Shown here: one piece after another, positions 23,851-35,850 of the stretch
Numbering within the stretch: the stretch's first letter is position 1
How the letters are laid out: each line of letters starts with the position of its first letter
DNA from: Hypanus sabinus
Taxonomy: Eukaryota
Direction: 5' to 3'
NCBI RefSeq assembly: GCF_030144855.1
Contig: NC_082729.1
Location: forward strand, 35,464,001-35,528,000
Length of the DNA: 64,000 nucleotides
Made by a program: the position numbers and the translations under genes
Notes under the pieces: generated by a model
Seen by the model: only the letters and a program-made list of their open reading frames with translations
Told to the model about the DNA's origin: nothing
The model's database searches: none

Positions 23851-24799
23851 AGAGGTTAGCCGACTCTATTACAGTTTGGGGTGTCTCACACCACCCATGG
23901 GTGCTCCAGGTGCTCTGCTTTCCTCCCAAAGTCCAAAGATATCCGGGGCTGGTTATTTGGTCACCGTATGGGTTAAATCAGAGTTGTTGGGGCACGGCTC
24001 ATAGGGCCGGAAGAGCTCTAAGTAAATAAAATGAAACTATGAAAGAGCTCCCCGACACAAGTTTCTGTCACCCGGCCCCATCTCTATCCCTAACAGGAGA
24101 TCCTGTATCCCACTCTGAGGCCACTGGAAGTGAACTTCTGAAGGCGTCACGCTTAACCGAACATTTCACCAACTCATTCCCATCCAGCCCTTTCACAGTA
24201 CGCCTTTGGGCTGTGGGAGGAAACTGGAGTACCTGGAGGAAACCCCCACATTCCATGGGTGGTTTGGGACTCCTTGCAGAGGACACTGGAACTGAACGCC
24301 CAACTCCAACAGCCCAAGCTTTAATAGAGTCACGCTAACCACTGTCTACTGTGGCGTCCATTAGTTTCAAGGGGATTCTGGAGAAGGATATGATTGGTCC
24401 TTGCGTTGAGTTTCTAGATTGGAGGAAGTCCAATTTTGACGGTATCGGAAAGGACCTGGCAGCTGTGGATTGGGGCAGGTATCCCGAACTCATTTCACAA
24501 ACTCAATCCCATCCAGCCCTTTTACAGTATGGAAGTACTAGTCAAATAGGGGCAATCACCTTCTCCCTGGGTCGATATCGTCCTCTGTCAGGAGGTCAGC
24601 GATCGCAGAATCTCCTAGGCAAACATTTCTCCGCCTGCAAGAGAACACATCAAAAATGAAGCTGGGGAACATCAGGCCATTCAGAATCAGAATCAGGTTT
24701 ATGATCACTGACATATGTCACGCCTCAGACGACGAGGTATCTGAAGAAGCATTGCCTGTTTACACATAGTCACCACAGCTTTCCGAGGGCAGGTCATGC

Positions 24800-26110
24800 T
24801 CCTGAGCCTGAGTGAATTTGACAAAGGACATCGATGAAGGTAGAGCAGCAGATGTGTAGATATAGATTTTAGTAAAGCCTTTGATAGGGTCCGGCTTGAT
24901 AGGGTCTTTCAGAAAGTTTAGACGCATAGGATCCAGAGAAACCTGGTGTGTGTATTCAAAATTGGCTTGCCCATCGAAGACAGGGGGTGGTAGCAGATGT
25001 GTATTTTGCCCAGAGTGGGTGCCCAGTGGTGGTCGGCAGGGACCCCTGCTCTTTGTGATGCTTATAAATGACTTGGATGAGGAAGTGGAAGGGTGGACTC
25101 GTAAGTTTGCAGATGACACGAAGGTTGGTGGAGTTCTGGCTAGTGTGGAAGGTTGTCGTTGGTTACAATGGGATATTGACAAGATGCAGAGCCGGGCTGA
25201 GAAGTGGCAGGTGGAGTTCAACCCGGAAAACTGTGAATGGATTCATTTTGGAAAAAGTCGAATTTGGAGGCAGGGTGCAGGGTTAATGGCAGGATTCTGG
25301 GCAGTGCGGGGGAACTGTGGGATCTTGGGGTTCATGCCCATTGATCCCTCAAAGTTGCCAGGCAAGTTGATAGGGTGCTATGTTGTCCTTCACCAGTCAG
25401 GGGATTGGGTTCAAGAGCTGCCAGGTAACGTTGCAGCTCTATAAAGCCCTGGTTAGACCACACCTGGAGTAGTGTTCAGTTCTGGTTGCCTCATTTCAGG
25501 AAGGATGTGGAAGCTTTAGACAATATTCCAAGGAGATTTATCAGGATGCTGTCCAGATGAGAGAACAAGTCTTATGAGGATAGGTTTAGCGAGCTGGGGA
25601 TTTTCTCTCTGGAGCAAGGAGGATGAGAGTTGACTTAAACTGCAACACCGTAAGACAGAAGAGCAGAATTAAACCATTTTTCCTATCGAGTCTGTTCTGC
25701 TATTTCATCATGGCTGATCCATTTTCCTCTCAGTCCCAATCTCCTGCCTTCTCCCCCTATCCCTTCATGCCCTGACCAATCGAAAACCAGTCGACCTCTG
25801 CCTTAAATATACCCAAAGACTTTGCCTCCACAGCTGCCTGTGGCAATGATTCCCATAGATTTACCACTCTCTGGCTAAAGAATTCCTCCTCATCTCTGTT
25901 CTCAAAGGACGCCCCTCTATTCTGAGGCTGTGCCCTCTGGTCTTAGACTCTCCCACCACAGGAAACGTCCTCTCCACATCCACTTCATTGAGGCCATTCG
26001 ACATTCAACAAGTTCAGTGAAGTCACCCCTCATTCCTCTGAATTCCAGTGAGTGGAGGCCAACTGCCTCGTACGACAAGCCTTTCAATCCCAGATTCATT
26101 TCCTTAGGAC
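24800..26110. mobile_element. CR1 fragments: RT core (plus, 24800-25640) and 3' end (minus, 25650-26110)
   Basis: ORF 24881-25444 has QGPLLFVMLINDLDEEVEGWTRKFADDTKVGG; the minus fragment has GLHSLEFRGMRGD. Confidence 0.8.
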
Positions 26111-27615
26111 CTCCTCACCTCCCCTACCTGCATCGTTCTTGCCAATATGTACCAAGCCTGCTCGCCCTCCCCCCCCTTTGAATGCCTTAGACCTGATCTG
26201 AGTCATCCCTGATCCTGGCACCTGGGGGGCAATGTACCACCTGGGTGTCACAGAATCTCATCTCTGTTTCTTTTGACTACGGAATCTCCTATCACCACTG
26301 CAGTCCTCTCTGTGCCTCTGAGCCACAGCTCCAGGCTCAGTGCCAGAGGCCCGATTGCCGTGGTTCCCCTGAAAGGACAATCCCCCCTCAACGGTCTCCT
26401 AAGTGGTATACTTACTAGTGATGGGAACGGCCACGGGGGTAGTCTGCACTATCTACCCATTTCCCTTCCTCCTCCTGACAATAACCCAGTTACCTGCCTC
26501 CTGACGTGTTAGAGGTGTACAAGAGGCTTAGATCATGTGGACAGTCGACATGATCTGATTGGAGGAAAGTATAGGGGGATGCCAGGTAGATGTTCTTGCC
26601 CAAGGAGTTGTGGATGAATGGAATGTGCTGTCAGGGGTGGTGACAGGTGGAGGTACATCGGGGACAGTCATGAAACTTTCAGATAAGGACACAACCTCCA
26701 GGATTGTGATCTCCGGAGAGCTGCCCGTGCGGCCAGAAATAGGAAGATCATGCAGACTAACGTGGCTCAGGAGTCAGCGTAGGAGGGAGGGCTTCAGAGT
26801 TTTGGATCCCTGGGATCGCTGCTAGGGAAGGTGGGACTTGTTCGGAGGAGATGGGTTTGCAGCTGAACTGGAGGGCAACTTATGTCAGCTGGTACTGCTC
26901 AGGGTGGGGAGAACTTCAACCAGAATTGCAGGGATGTAGGAACCAGAGTGCCAGAACAGTCAGTGCAGAGACCTCAGACAAAGTCAGGGATCAAAAGTCT
27001 GAGTTCAGTGGGACTAATGTTCTGAGTTGCGTACATTTCGGTGCAAGAAGCATTGTGGGGAAGGCGGATGAGCACAGATCACGGATCAACACATGGGATT
27101 GTAACTTAGTGAGTTGGCTGCAGGAAGGGAAGGCCTTGCAGATCGATGGTCCGGGGTTCTGTTGTTTTAGACGTGATAGAGGGGAGGGGTGGCATTACTA
27201 GCCACAGCAGTGCTCTATCAATGACTGGACAACATGCCCAGTGAGCTGTTGTGGGTGGAACTGAGGAATGAGAACAAGGAAGGTATGACCATATTATAGA
27301 CCAGCCAACAGTCCGCAGGATTTAGAGGAACAGGCTTGCAGAGAGATCCCAGACAGTTGCAAGAAACGTAAGGTCATAGTAGGCGACTTTAACTTCCCGC
27401 ATATTGACTGGGACTGCAAACTGTGAAAGGGCTGGATGGGAAAGAGCTTGTCAAATGTGTTCAGGAAAGTTTCCTCAATCGGCTCATGGGAGTCTCCCAA
27501 CTGGAGAGTGTGCGATACTTGATCTCCTATTAGGGAATGAGACAAGGCAGGTGCCAGAGGTTTGTGTAGGAGAACACTTTGTATCTAGTGACAACAGTGC
27601 CATTAGTTTCAACTA

Positions 27616-27898
27616 GAGTTGGCACATGGCCAAGCGGCTAAGGCATTGGTCTAGTGATCTGAAGGTCGCTAGTTCAAGCCTCAGCTGAGACAGTGTGTTG
27701 TGTCCTTGAGCAAGACACTTAACCACACATTACTCTGCAATGACACCGGTGCCAAGCTGTATGGGTCCTAATGTCCTTCCCTTGGACAACATCAGTGGCG
27801 TGGAGAGGGGAGACTTGCAGCTTGTCCAACTGCCAGTCTCCCATACAACCCTGCCCAGGCCTCAGTCATCATCGAAATTGATGGACAGCCAGAGAAGA
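27616..27898 (+). mobile_element. tRNA-derived SINE
   Basis: Pol III A-box TGGCCAAGCGG (27627-27637) and B-box GTTCAAGCC (27672-27680); GTGTCCTTGAGCAAGACACTTAACC core typical of V-type SINEs; GAA-rich tail; imperfect TSD agtttcaa(a)cta. Confidence 0.75.
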
Positions 27899-28485
27899 AG
27901 TTTCAAACTAAATTTTAAAAAAGATAGTTTTGGTCCTTGAGCTGGGATTTTAAATTGGACAAAGGCCAATTTTGATGGTAACCTGAAGGTTGTGGCAAGT
28001 GTGAATTTGGATAGGCTGCTTTCTGGCAAAGTTGTCTTGGTAAGCGGGAGGCCTTCACAAGTGAAATTTTGAGAGTACAAAGCTTGTATGTTCCTGTCAG
28101 AATAACAGGTTTGGGGAAACTTGGTTTTCGGGAAATATTGAGGCCCTGGTTTAAAAAAGAGATGCATAGTCAGGCAGGAACAAATGAAGTGCTTATGGAG
28201 TGTAAAAAAATGCAAGGGGACACTTAAGAAAGAAATCAAAAGAAGAAAGCACGAGCTTGCTCCAGCAGACAAGGTGACGGATAATCCTAAGGGCTTCTAC
28301 AGACGTGTTAAGAGCAAACGAGCGTAAGAAATAGGAGCAGGATTGGTCCTCTGGAAGATCAGGATGATAATCCATGTATGGAGCCAAATGAAATGGGAGA
28401 GATTTTAAATGGATCGTTTGCATCTGTATACCTTCTCAGTCCATCGGGGTGAGGCAAAATGGCAGCAAGATCGTGGACTCTGAAC

Positions 28486-29255
28486 AGAGGAGGTGTAAGG
28501 ACAGGTGTAGCACTTACGCTGGCAGGGACACACCTATCTCTACACCTCCTCTATTACTTCCATTCGGGGCCCCAACCAGACCTTCCAGGTGAGGCAACAC
28601 TTCACGTCAGTCTGTCGGGGTCATCTATTGCATCTGGTGCTCCCAGTGTGGCCTCCTCCACTTCGGCGAGACCAACGCAGATTGGGGGACCGCTTCGTCG
28701 AGCACCTCCGCTCCTTCCGCCACAACAGACAGGATCTCCCGGTTGCCACCCACTTCAACTCTGCTGCACTTTCCCATCTAGATATGCCCATACACGGCCT
28801 CCTCTATTGCCATGATGAGGCCAAACTCAGGTTGGAGGAGCAACACCTCATCTACCGTCTGGGTAGCCTCCAGCCCCTTGGTCTGAACATTGAATTCTCC
28901 AATTTCCGGTAATTCCCTCCCTCTCCCCTCCCCCATCCCACTTTCATTCTGCCTCCTCTTCCAGTTGCCTATCACCTCTCTCATGATTCTGTCTTCTTCT
29001 ACTACATAGTGCTTTCCCCTTACGTTCCTTCTTCACCTCTCTTGCCTATCCCCTCCCTGCTTCCACTCCCCTACCCCTTGATCTTTCCTCTGATTGGTTT
29101 CTCACCTGGCAACTTCCTCCTCCTCCCACCTTCTTTATAGGGCCCCTGCCCCCTCCTTCAGTCCTAACGAAGGGTCTCGGCCCGAAACGTGGACTGCTCA
29201 TTTCACCGGATGCTGTCCGACCTGCTGAGTTCATCCAGCTTGTTTGTACGTGTTG
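28486..29255 (+). mobile_element. Penelope-like element 3' fragment with frameshifted GIY-YIG endonuclease and pseudo-LTR
   Basis: VIYCIWCSQCGLLHFGET (~28620-28675), then a frameshift to RRLGDRFVEHLRS...EEQHLIYRLGSLQPLGLNIEFSNFR* (ends 28912). Degenerate hammerhead at 29159-29196. Inserted within a CR1 copy. Confidence 0.85.
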
Positions 29256-30371
29256 GTGATGTTGTTTCGCTGATTAATAAAAGGCTGTAAACATAAACCA
29301 AAATATTATAGTCCAGTGTGCCTGACATCAATTGTGAGAAATTATGCTAAGGGACCGGTTTATGAGCACTTGGAGAAACAGGGGCATGGTTTTGAGTGAG
29401 GTATGTCACGTCTAATCAATCTACAGAGTTTTTCAAGGAACTTCCCAGGAAAGTTGATGAAGGCAAGGCAGCCGATGTTGTCTACGTGGACTTTAGTGAG
29501 GCATTTGACAAGGTCCAGCATGGGAGGATGGTCAAGCAGGTTCGGTCGCTCGGCATTCAAGCTGAGGTGTTAAATCGGATTAGACACGGCTTTGTGGGAG
29601 AAGCCAGAGAGCGGTGGCGGACGGTTGCCCCTCTGACTGGAGGCCTGCGACGAGCGGAAAGCTGCAGAGATCAGTGCTGGTTCTGTTATTTGCCATCTAT
29701 ATCAATGATCTAAACGATAATGTGGTAAGCTGCGTCGGCAGATTTGCAGGTGGCACCAAGATTGGCGGTGTAGTGGGCAGCGAGGAAGACTATCAAAGAT
29801 CGCGGCGGGTTCCAGATCGGCTGGAAAATGGCAGGTGGTACGTAATGCAGACTAATGTGAGGTGCTGCACTTTGGGAGGATCAACCAGAGTGGGGCTTAC
29901 ACAGCGAGTGGTAGGGTATTGAGGAGTGTGTAGAACAAAGGGATCTGGGAATACAGGCCCATAATTCATTGAAAGTGATGCTGCAGATAGATAGGATTGT
30001 TAAGAAAGATTTTGGTACATTGGCCTTCATAGCTTAAGTTTTGAATACAGGAGTTGGGATGTTACATTGTATAAGACATTCGTGAGGCTAGTTTCAAAGT
30101 TTAAAATACTTTTAATTTAATATCGAAGTATATATAAATTGTACAACCTAGAGACTCGGCAGCTAACTGTGGCCACAAAACAAGAAACATGAAAGAATCC
30201 GATTTAAAAAAGTACAAACACCCAATGCACAGAGAAAGAAGCTCGTTCTAACAATAAGAGCAGGCAACAGCACTCAGAACGACATTGAGTCCATAGACGC
30301 GAAGCGCGGAACAGCCGGAGCAGGTCCACGGTCTCTGTCTCAGTTCATCATACAGCGAGGCAAACTGCCGC

Positions 30372-31220
30372 TGTTACATACCCGTGGGTACCTTGTGCCT
30401 GTCACATGACCATGATGTAATCGAGGCTATGCTGGGCATGAGGTAATGGTCTTGTGATGTTGGAGTGATGTCATTTTCCCGCCAGTGAGAGGTCATATGA
30501 TAGTTTTTTTCCAACAGGGTATAAAAGGAGAACCCCTCCCTGTGAGGTGGGGCAGTTTGTGGCTGAATTCGCCAGTGACTCCATGTTGCTGTACATTCTA
30601 AGTTAAGACGCAGTTTTATTTTAAAGTGGAGTTTCACTTTCTGCCTTAAGTCAAAGGTTATTGCCGGCAGTTTTGCTGCAATACTGTCAGTTAAAATCAA
30701 GTCGGAGAGTGAAGATTCGTCAAAGTTCAGGAAGCTGAAAGATCGAGGAAAGTTGATGTTGGCTGTGAAGCAGGTTTGACCTTTATTTGACCTTCACACG
30801 AGGAATTAGCAACTTGTCTCCATGATAACTCCTGTTTTGCCAGAAAAGAGCAGAGAGTTGGATGCAGAGTTTCGCCAAGGAACGGTCAGTGCCTTTAAGC
30901 CGTTTTATTTCCTTCAATCGTAAATCCCTCAGCAAAGCATACGTCGGCTGGGATCAGCAGTGAAAGAGGATTTAATGCAAGGAAAGCCACTCTTTTAATT
31001 GACTGTAAATCATTTTGGACTTTTTGCAATACTACTTTAAAGAACTGAATTCGCATTATCACTTTAAGAACTGTTCGATCTGCCGTATCGCAGCCGACTT
31101 CCGGTTAAGTTAGTCGCTTGTTTACTTCTGGGGTTTTTTTTTTAGAAGTGTTTAATAAATGTTTTATTTGTTATAAAAAACCCGTCTCAATTATATATCC
31201 ATTGTTGCTGGATTGTAACA
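30372..31220 (+). mobile_element. Solo LTR (849 bp)
   Basis: TGTTACA...TGTAACA perfect 7-bp inverted termini; 5-bp TSD GCCGC (30367-30371, 31221-31225); TATAAAA at ~30520 and AATAAA at ~31155; no internal coding sequence. Confidence 0.88.
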
Positions 31221-32019
31221 GCCGCAAAGCTCACAGACTCGAAGCCCGGAGCGGTCTCACGTTCAGTGCCGCAGAGCAGCGAGCAGAGTCGGCACAGACC
31301 CTCTTCAGTCCATCTGGGCTGGCATTGAGATTGTCACCCCCCCGCACCAGGACCCGGGCCCCGCTGCATAGATACGCTTTGAGCCTGGACCCTGCCGTCA
31401 CATCCCATCCTGTACTCGACCTTTCCAAATCAGCTCAGCACTCAGAGTGAGCAGACCGGTTTAGGTGTAGGTGCTCCGAGACTCCTCCGCTCTGACTTTA
31501 CTCCAATTTGCTCGCTCCGGCTCCGTCTCGAACATGCCTCGACCTTGCTCCGACCACTTCTCCTCGACCATACCTCGCTTTGACTTTGCATCGCACTCGC
31601 ACGCCTTGACCCTCGAGTCAGCCTCGTCTCCGCTCGCCTCTTCATCACTGGCAGTGAGTTTACCATAACGTACCACAGAGAGTGTTATTAATAAAGTATT
31701 TAGTCATATTTCTTGCTTTATGAACCTCCAGTAAGTTGTCACCCAACCTCTGTAGCGCCATTGTAGCTAGAGGGGATTTTGGAGTATTGTCTGCAGTTCC
31801 GATCACCTACCTACAGGATAGATGTAAATAAGATTGGAAGAGTACAGAGAAAATTTATAAATATGTTGCCAGGACTTAAGGACTTTGATTATAAGGAAAT
31901 ATTGAATAGCTTAGAACTTTATTCCCTAGAATGTAAAGGATTAAGGAGAGATTTGATGGAGGCGTACAATTATGAGGGGTATAGATAGGGTAAATGACTT
32001 TTTTTCATTGAGGGTGGGT

Positions 32020-35000
32020 GAGACAACAAAGAGGGGGAAAGGGAGGAGGTCCTGAAAGCAGACTACAGGGAGTTAGGAAGGAAGTTAAGAAGCAGGACCT
32101 CAAAGGTAGTAATCTCAGGATTACTGCCTGTGCCACGTGACAGTGAGTATAGGAATAGAATGAGGTGGAGGATAAATGTGTGGCTGAGGGATTGGAGCAG
32201 GGGGCAGGGATTCAGATTCCTGGATCATTGGGACCTCTTTTGGGGCAGGAGTGACCTGTACAAAAAGGACGGGTTGCACTTGAATTTCAGGGGAACCTAT
32301 ATCCTGGCAGGGAGGTTTGCTAAGGCTACTGGGGAGAGTTTAAACTCTGGTTGCTGGGGGGGTGCGAACCGAACTGAAGAGACAGAGGAAGAGGTGGTTG
32401 GAGAAAGCTTGGAGACTGTGCAAGAGGGAGGATAGGCAGGTGATAGACCAATGGTTTGAGATGTGTATATTTTAATGCAAGGAGTATTATGAACAAAGCA
32501 GATGAACTTAGAGAATGGATCAGTACTTGGAGCTACGATGTTGTGGCCATTACAAAGACTTGGGGGGCTCAAGGTCAGGAATGGTTACTTCAAGTGCCGG
32601 GCTTTAGATATTTCACAAAGGACAGGGAGGGATGAAAAAGGGGTGGGGCACTGCTGATTAGAGATAATCACTGCTGTCGAGGCTGCAGAAAAGGAGGAAG
32701 ACATGGAGGGATTGTCTATTGAGTCTGTGAGTGGAAGTTAGGAACAGGAAGGGGTCAATAACTCTACTGGGTGTTTTTTATAGACCACCCAATAGTAACA
32801 GAGACATAGAGGAGCAGATAGGGAGACAGATTCTGTAAAGGTGTAATAATAACAGGGTTGGCATGGTGGGAGATTTTAATTTCCCAAATATCGATTGGCA
32901 TGTCCGTAGAGTGAGGGGTTTAGATGGGGTGGAGTTTGTTATGTGTGTTCAGGAAGGCTTCTTGACATAATATGTAGATAAGCCTACAAGAGGAGAGGCT
33001 GTACTTGATCTGGTACTGGGAAATGAACCTGGTCAGGTGTTAGGTCTCTCAGTGGGGGAATATTTTGGAAATAGTGATCACAATTCTATCTCCTTTACCA
33101 TAGCATTGGAGAGGGATAGGAACAGACAAGTTAGGAAAGCATTTATTTGGAGTCATGGGAAATATTAGGCTATCAGGCAGGAACTTAGAAGCATTAATTG
33201 GGAGCAGATGTTCTCAGAGAAATGTATGGAGAACATTATGCAGAACTCTACTCAAATGTTCAGGGGATATTTGCATGTTTTGCGTGGGGTTCTGCATAGG
33301 TTCATTCCAATGAGACAGGGAAAGGATAGTAGGGTACAGGAACCATGGTGTACAAAGGCTGTTGTAAATCTAGTCAAGAGGAAAAGAAGAGCTTACAAAA
33401 GGTTCGAAAAACTAGGTAGTGATAGAGATCTAGAAGATTGTAAGGCTAACAGGAAAGAGTTTAAGAAAGAAATTAGGAGAGCTGGAAGGGGCCATGAGAA
33501 GGCCTTGGCGAGCAGGATTAAGGAAAACCCCATAGGCATTCTACAAGTACGTGAAGAGCAAGAGAATAAGACCAATCAAGTGTTACCAAAATGTGTATAG
33601 AACCAGAGGAGATAGCAGAAGTACTTAATGAGTATTTTGCTTCAGTATTCACTACAGAAAAGGATCTTTGTGATTGTAGAGATGACTTGCAGCGGACTGA
33701 GAAGTTTGAGCCTATAGCTATTAAGAAAAAGGATGTGCTGGAGCTTTAGGAAAGCATCAAGCTGGTTAAGTCTCCGGGTCCAGACGAGATGTACCCCAGG
33801 CCTCTGGCAATGATCTTTACATCATCAATGGGGACAGGGGAGGTTCCAGAGGATTGGAGGGTTGCAGATGTTGTTCCATTATTCAAGAAAGAGAGTAGAG
33901 ATAGCTCAGGAAATTATAGACCAGTGAGTCTTACTTCAGTGGTTGGTAAGTTGATGGCGAAGATCCTGAGGGGCAGAAGTTATGAACATTTAAAGATACA
34001 GAATATAATTAGGAATGGTCAGTATGGCTTTGTCAAGGGAGGTCGTGCCTTATGTGCCTGATTGAATATTTTGAGGATGTGACTAGACACATTGATGAAG
34101 GTAGAGCTGTAGATGTAGTGTATATGGATTTCAGCAAGGCATTTGACAAAGTACCCCATGCAAGGTTTATTGAGAAAGTAAGGAGGCATGGGATCCAATG
34201 GGACATTGCTTTGTGGATCCAGAACTGGCTTGCTCACAGAAGGCTAAAAGTGTTTGCAGACGGATCATATTCTGCATGGAGGTTGGTGACCAGTGCTGTG
34301 CCTCAGTGATCTGTTCTGGGACCCCTACTCTTCGTGTAAAGTGGTTCATTTTGGTAGGTCAAATATGATGACAGAATATAGTATTAATGGTAAGACTTTT
34401 CACAGTGTGGAGGATCAGAGGGATCTTGGGGTCTGATTCCATAGGACACTCAAAGCCGCTGCTCAGGTTGACTCTGTGGTTACAAGGCATATGGTGCATT
34501 AGCCTTCATCAATCATGGGATTGAATTTAGGAGCCGAGAGGTAATGTTGCAGCTATATAGGACCCGATCAGACCCCCCCTTGGAGTACTGTGCTCAGTTC
34601 TTGTCGCTTCACTACAGGAAGGATGTGGAAACTATAGAAAGGGTGCAGAGGAGATCTACAAGAACGTTGCCTGGATTGGGGAGCATGCCTTTTGAGGATA
34701 GGTTAAGCAAACTTGGTCTTTTCTCCTTGGAGCGACGGAGGATGAGAGGAGACCTGATAGAGGTGTGTAAGATGATGAGAGGCATTGATCATGTGGATAG
34801 TCAGAGGCTTTTTCCCAGCGCTGAAACGGCTAGCACGAGAGAGCACAGTTTTAAGGTGCTTGGAAGTAGGTACAGAGGAGATGTCGGGGGTAAGTTTTTT
34901 TTCGCAGAGAGTGGTGAGTGTGTGGAATGGGCTGCTGGCGACAGTGGCGGAGGCGGATACGACAGGGTATTTTAAGAGACTCCCAGATAGGTACATGAAG

Positions 35001-35117
35001 CTTAGAAAGTAGAGGGCTATGGGTAACCCTAGGTAATTTCTAAGGTAAGGAGATGTTCGGCACAGCTTTGTGGGCTGAAGGGCCTGTATTGTGCTGTAGG
35101 TTTTCTATGTTTCTATG
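32020..35117 (+). mobile_element. CR1-clade LINE, 5'-truncated and degenerate (ORF1 esterase end, APE endonuclease, RT, 3' tail)
   Basis: ORF1 SGNH-esterase end (DLYKKDGLHLN); APE motifs (YFNARSI, FYRPPNS, GDFNFPNIDW, SDHNSISF); RT motifs (KSPGPD, NYRPVSLTSVVGK, YMDFSKAFDKVPH). The xADD region is deleted near 34335; many stops; (TTTCTATG)n tail at ~35101-35117. Confidence 0.9.
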
Positions 35118-35525
35118 ACAACTAGAGGTCGAGGGTTAAGGGTGAAATGTGAAAAATTTATGGGGAAACCTCTTCACTCAGAGGATGGTCACAGTGTGGA
35201 AGGAGCTGCCAGTGCAAATGGTGCATGCAAGCTCAATTTCAATGCTAATGCGAAGTTTGCATACATACATGGATGGGAGGGGTATGGAGAGTTATGGTCC
35301 CAGTGCAGGTCAATGGGAGTGGGCAGTTTAAAATGGCTCAGCATGGACTAGATGGGCTGAAGGGCCTGTTTCTATAAGCACATGAACGATAGAAAACTGG
35401 AGCTCTATAGCAGATTGATCTTATAGTAGATTAAAGGGTCAGTACAACATAGAGGGCAGAATGGCCGGTACTAGTTCTGTTTGGGGGACGAGGGGATGGA
35501 TCAGTCACAGAGATGAAGGAAGTTC

Positions 35526-35641
35526 TCACCTTTTGTGTATCGCCCTGCACAGGTACAATGTTACCAGCAGTCCGATAATTCCCACTATGACTCCGACTGC
35601 ACAGACAATAATCCCGGATACAGGCATCGGAGGAGGGAGAT
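35526..35641 (-). CDS. Connecting peptide/transmembrane/short cytoplasmic exon, class II alpha-type
   Basis: Acceptor tttaccccacag|AT at 35642/35641. The phase-1 splice from alpha2 gives DLPPPMPVSGIIVCAVGVIVGIIGLLVTLYLCRAIHKR*. The hydrophobic span has CxxGxxxGxxG as in class II alpha TM (VVCALGLxVGLVG), followed by basic residues. TGA at 35528-35526 overlaps a possible donor AG|gtgaga at 35530/35529. Confidence 0.85.
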
Positions 35642-35699
35642 CTGTGGGGTAAAGCCTGGATGAAATTTAACAGGCCCCCGATGACTATCATCAATTTTT

Positions 35700-35835
35700 A
35701 ACAATGCACCAGTGAAAGCAGTGTGACCAGAAACATCTCGACTTGGTACATCAGCTGTTGTGCCCGAGACCACGAGAAATGGCAGAGAGTTGTAGATGCA
35801 GGCCAGTCCATCGCACTCACCAGTCTTCAGGATGT
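35700..35835 (+). mobile_element. Rex1/Babar-type LINE remnant between TM exon and minisatellite
   Basis: Translates WYISCCARDHEKWQRVVDAGQSIALTSL, matching the WYGxCxxxDRKxLQRVV region of these elements. Confidence 0.55.
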
Positions 35836-35850
35836 CTAGGAGCATGGGAT

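Larger units (their letters stand above)
26600..30080 (+). mobile_element. Degenerate CR1 LINE interrupted by a SINE and a Penelope fragment
   Basis: Collinear esterase, APE (GDFNFPHIDW) and RT (VYVDFSEAFDKVQH, FAGGTKIGG) remnants similar to the 32.0-35.1 kb copy, broken at 27616-27898 and ~28440-29255. Confidence 0.8.

Noticed and set aside
31440-31720. Pyrimidine-rich CTCG-repetitive tract with AATAAA and short Ser/Arg/Glu-rich ORFs
   Set aside because: Low-complexity, probably part of an unclassified repeat; no termini, TSD or domain could be supported.
33208-35012. ORFs of 60-143 aa as host genes
   Set aside because: They are pieces of a single stop- and frameshift-riddled CR1 ORF2.
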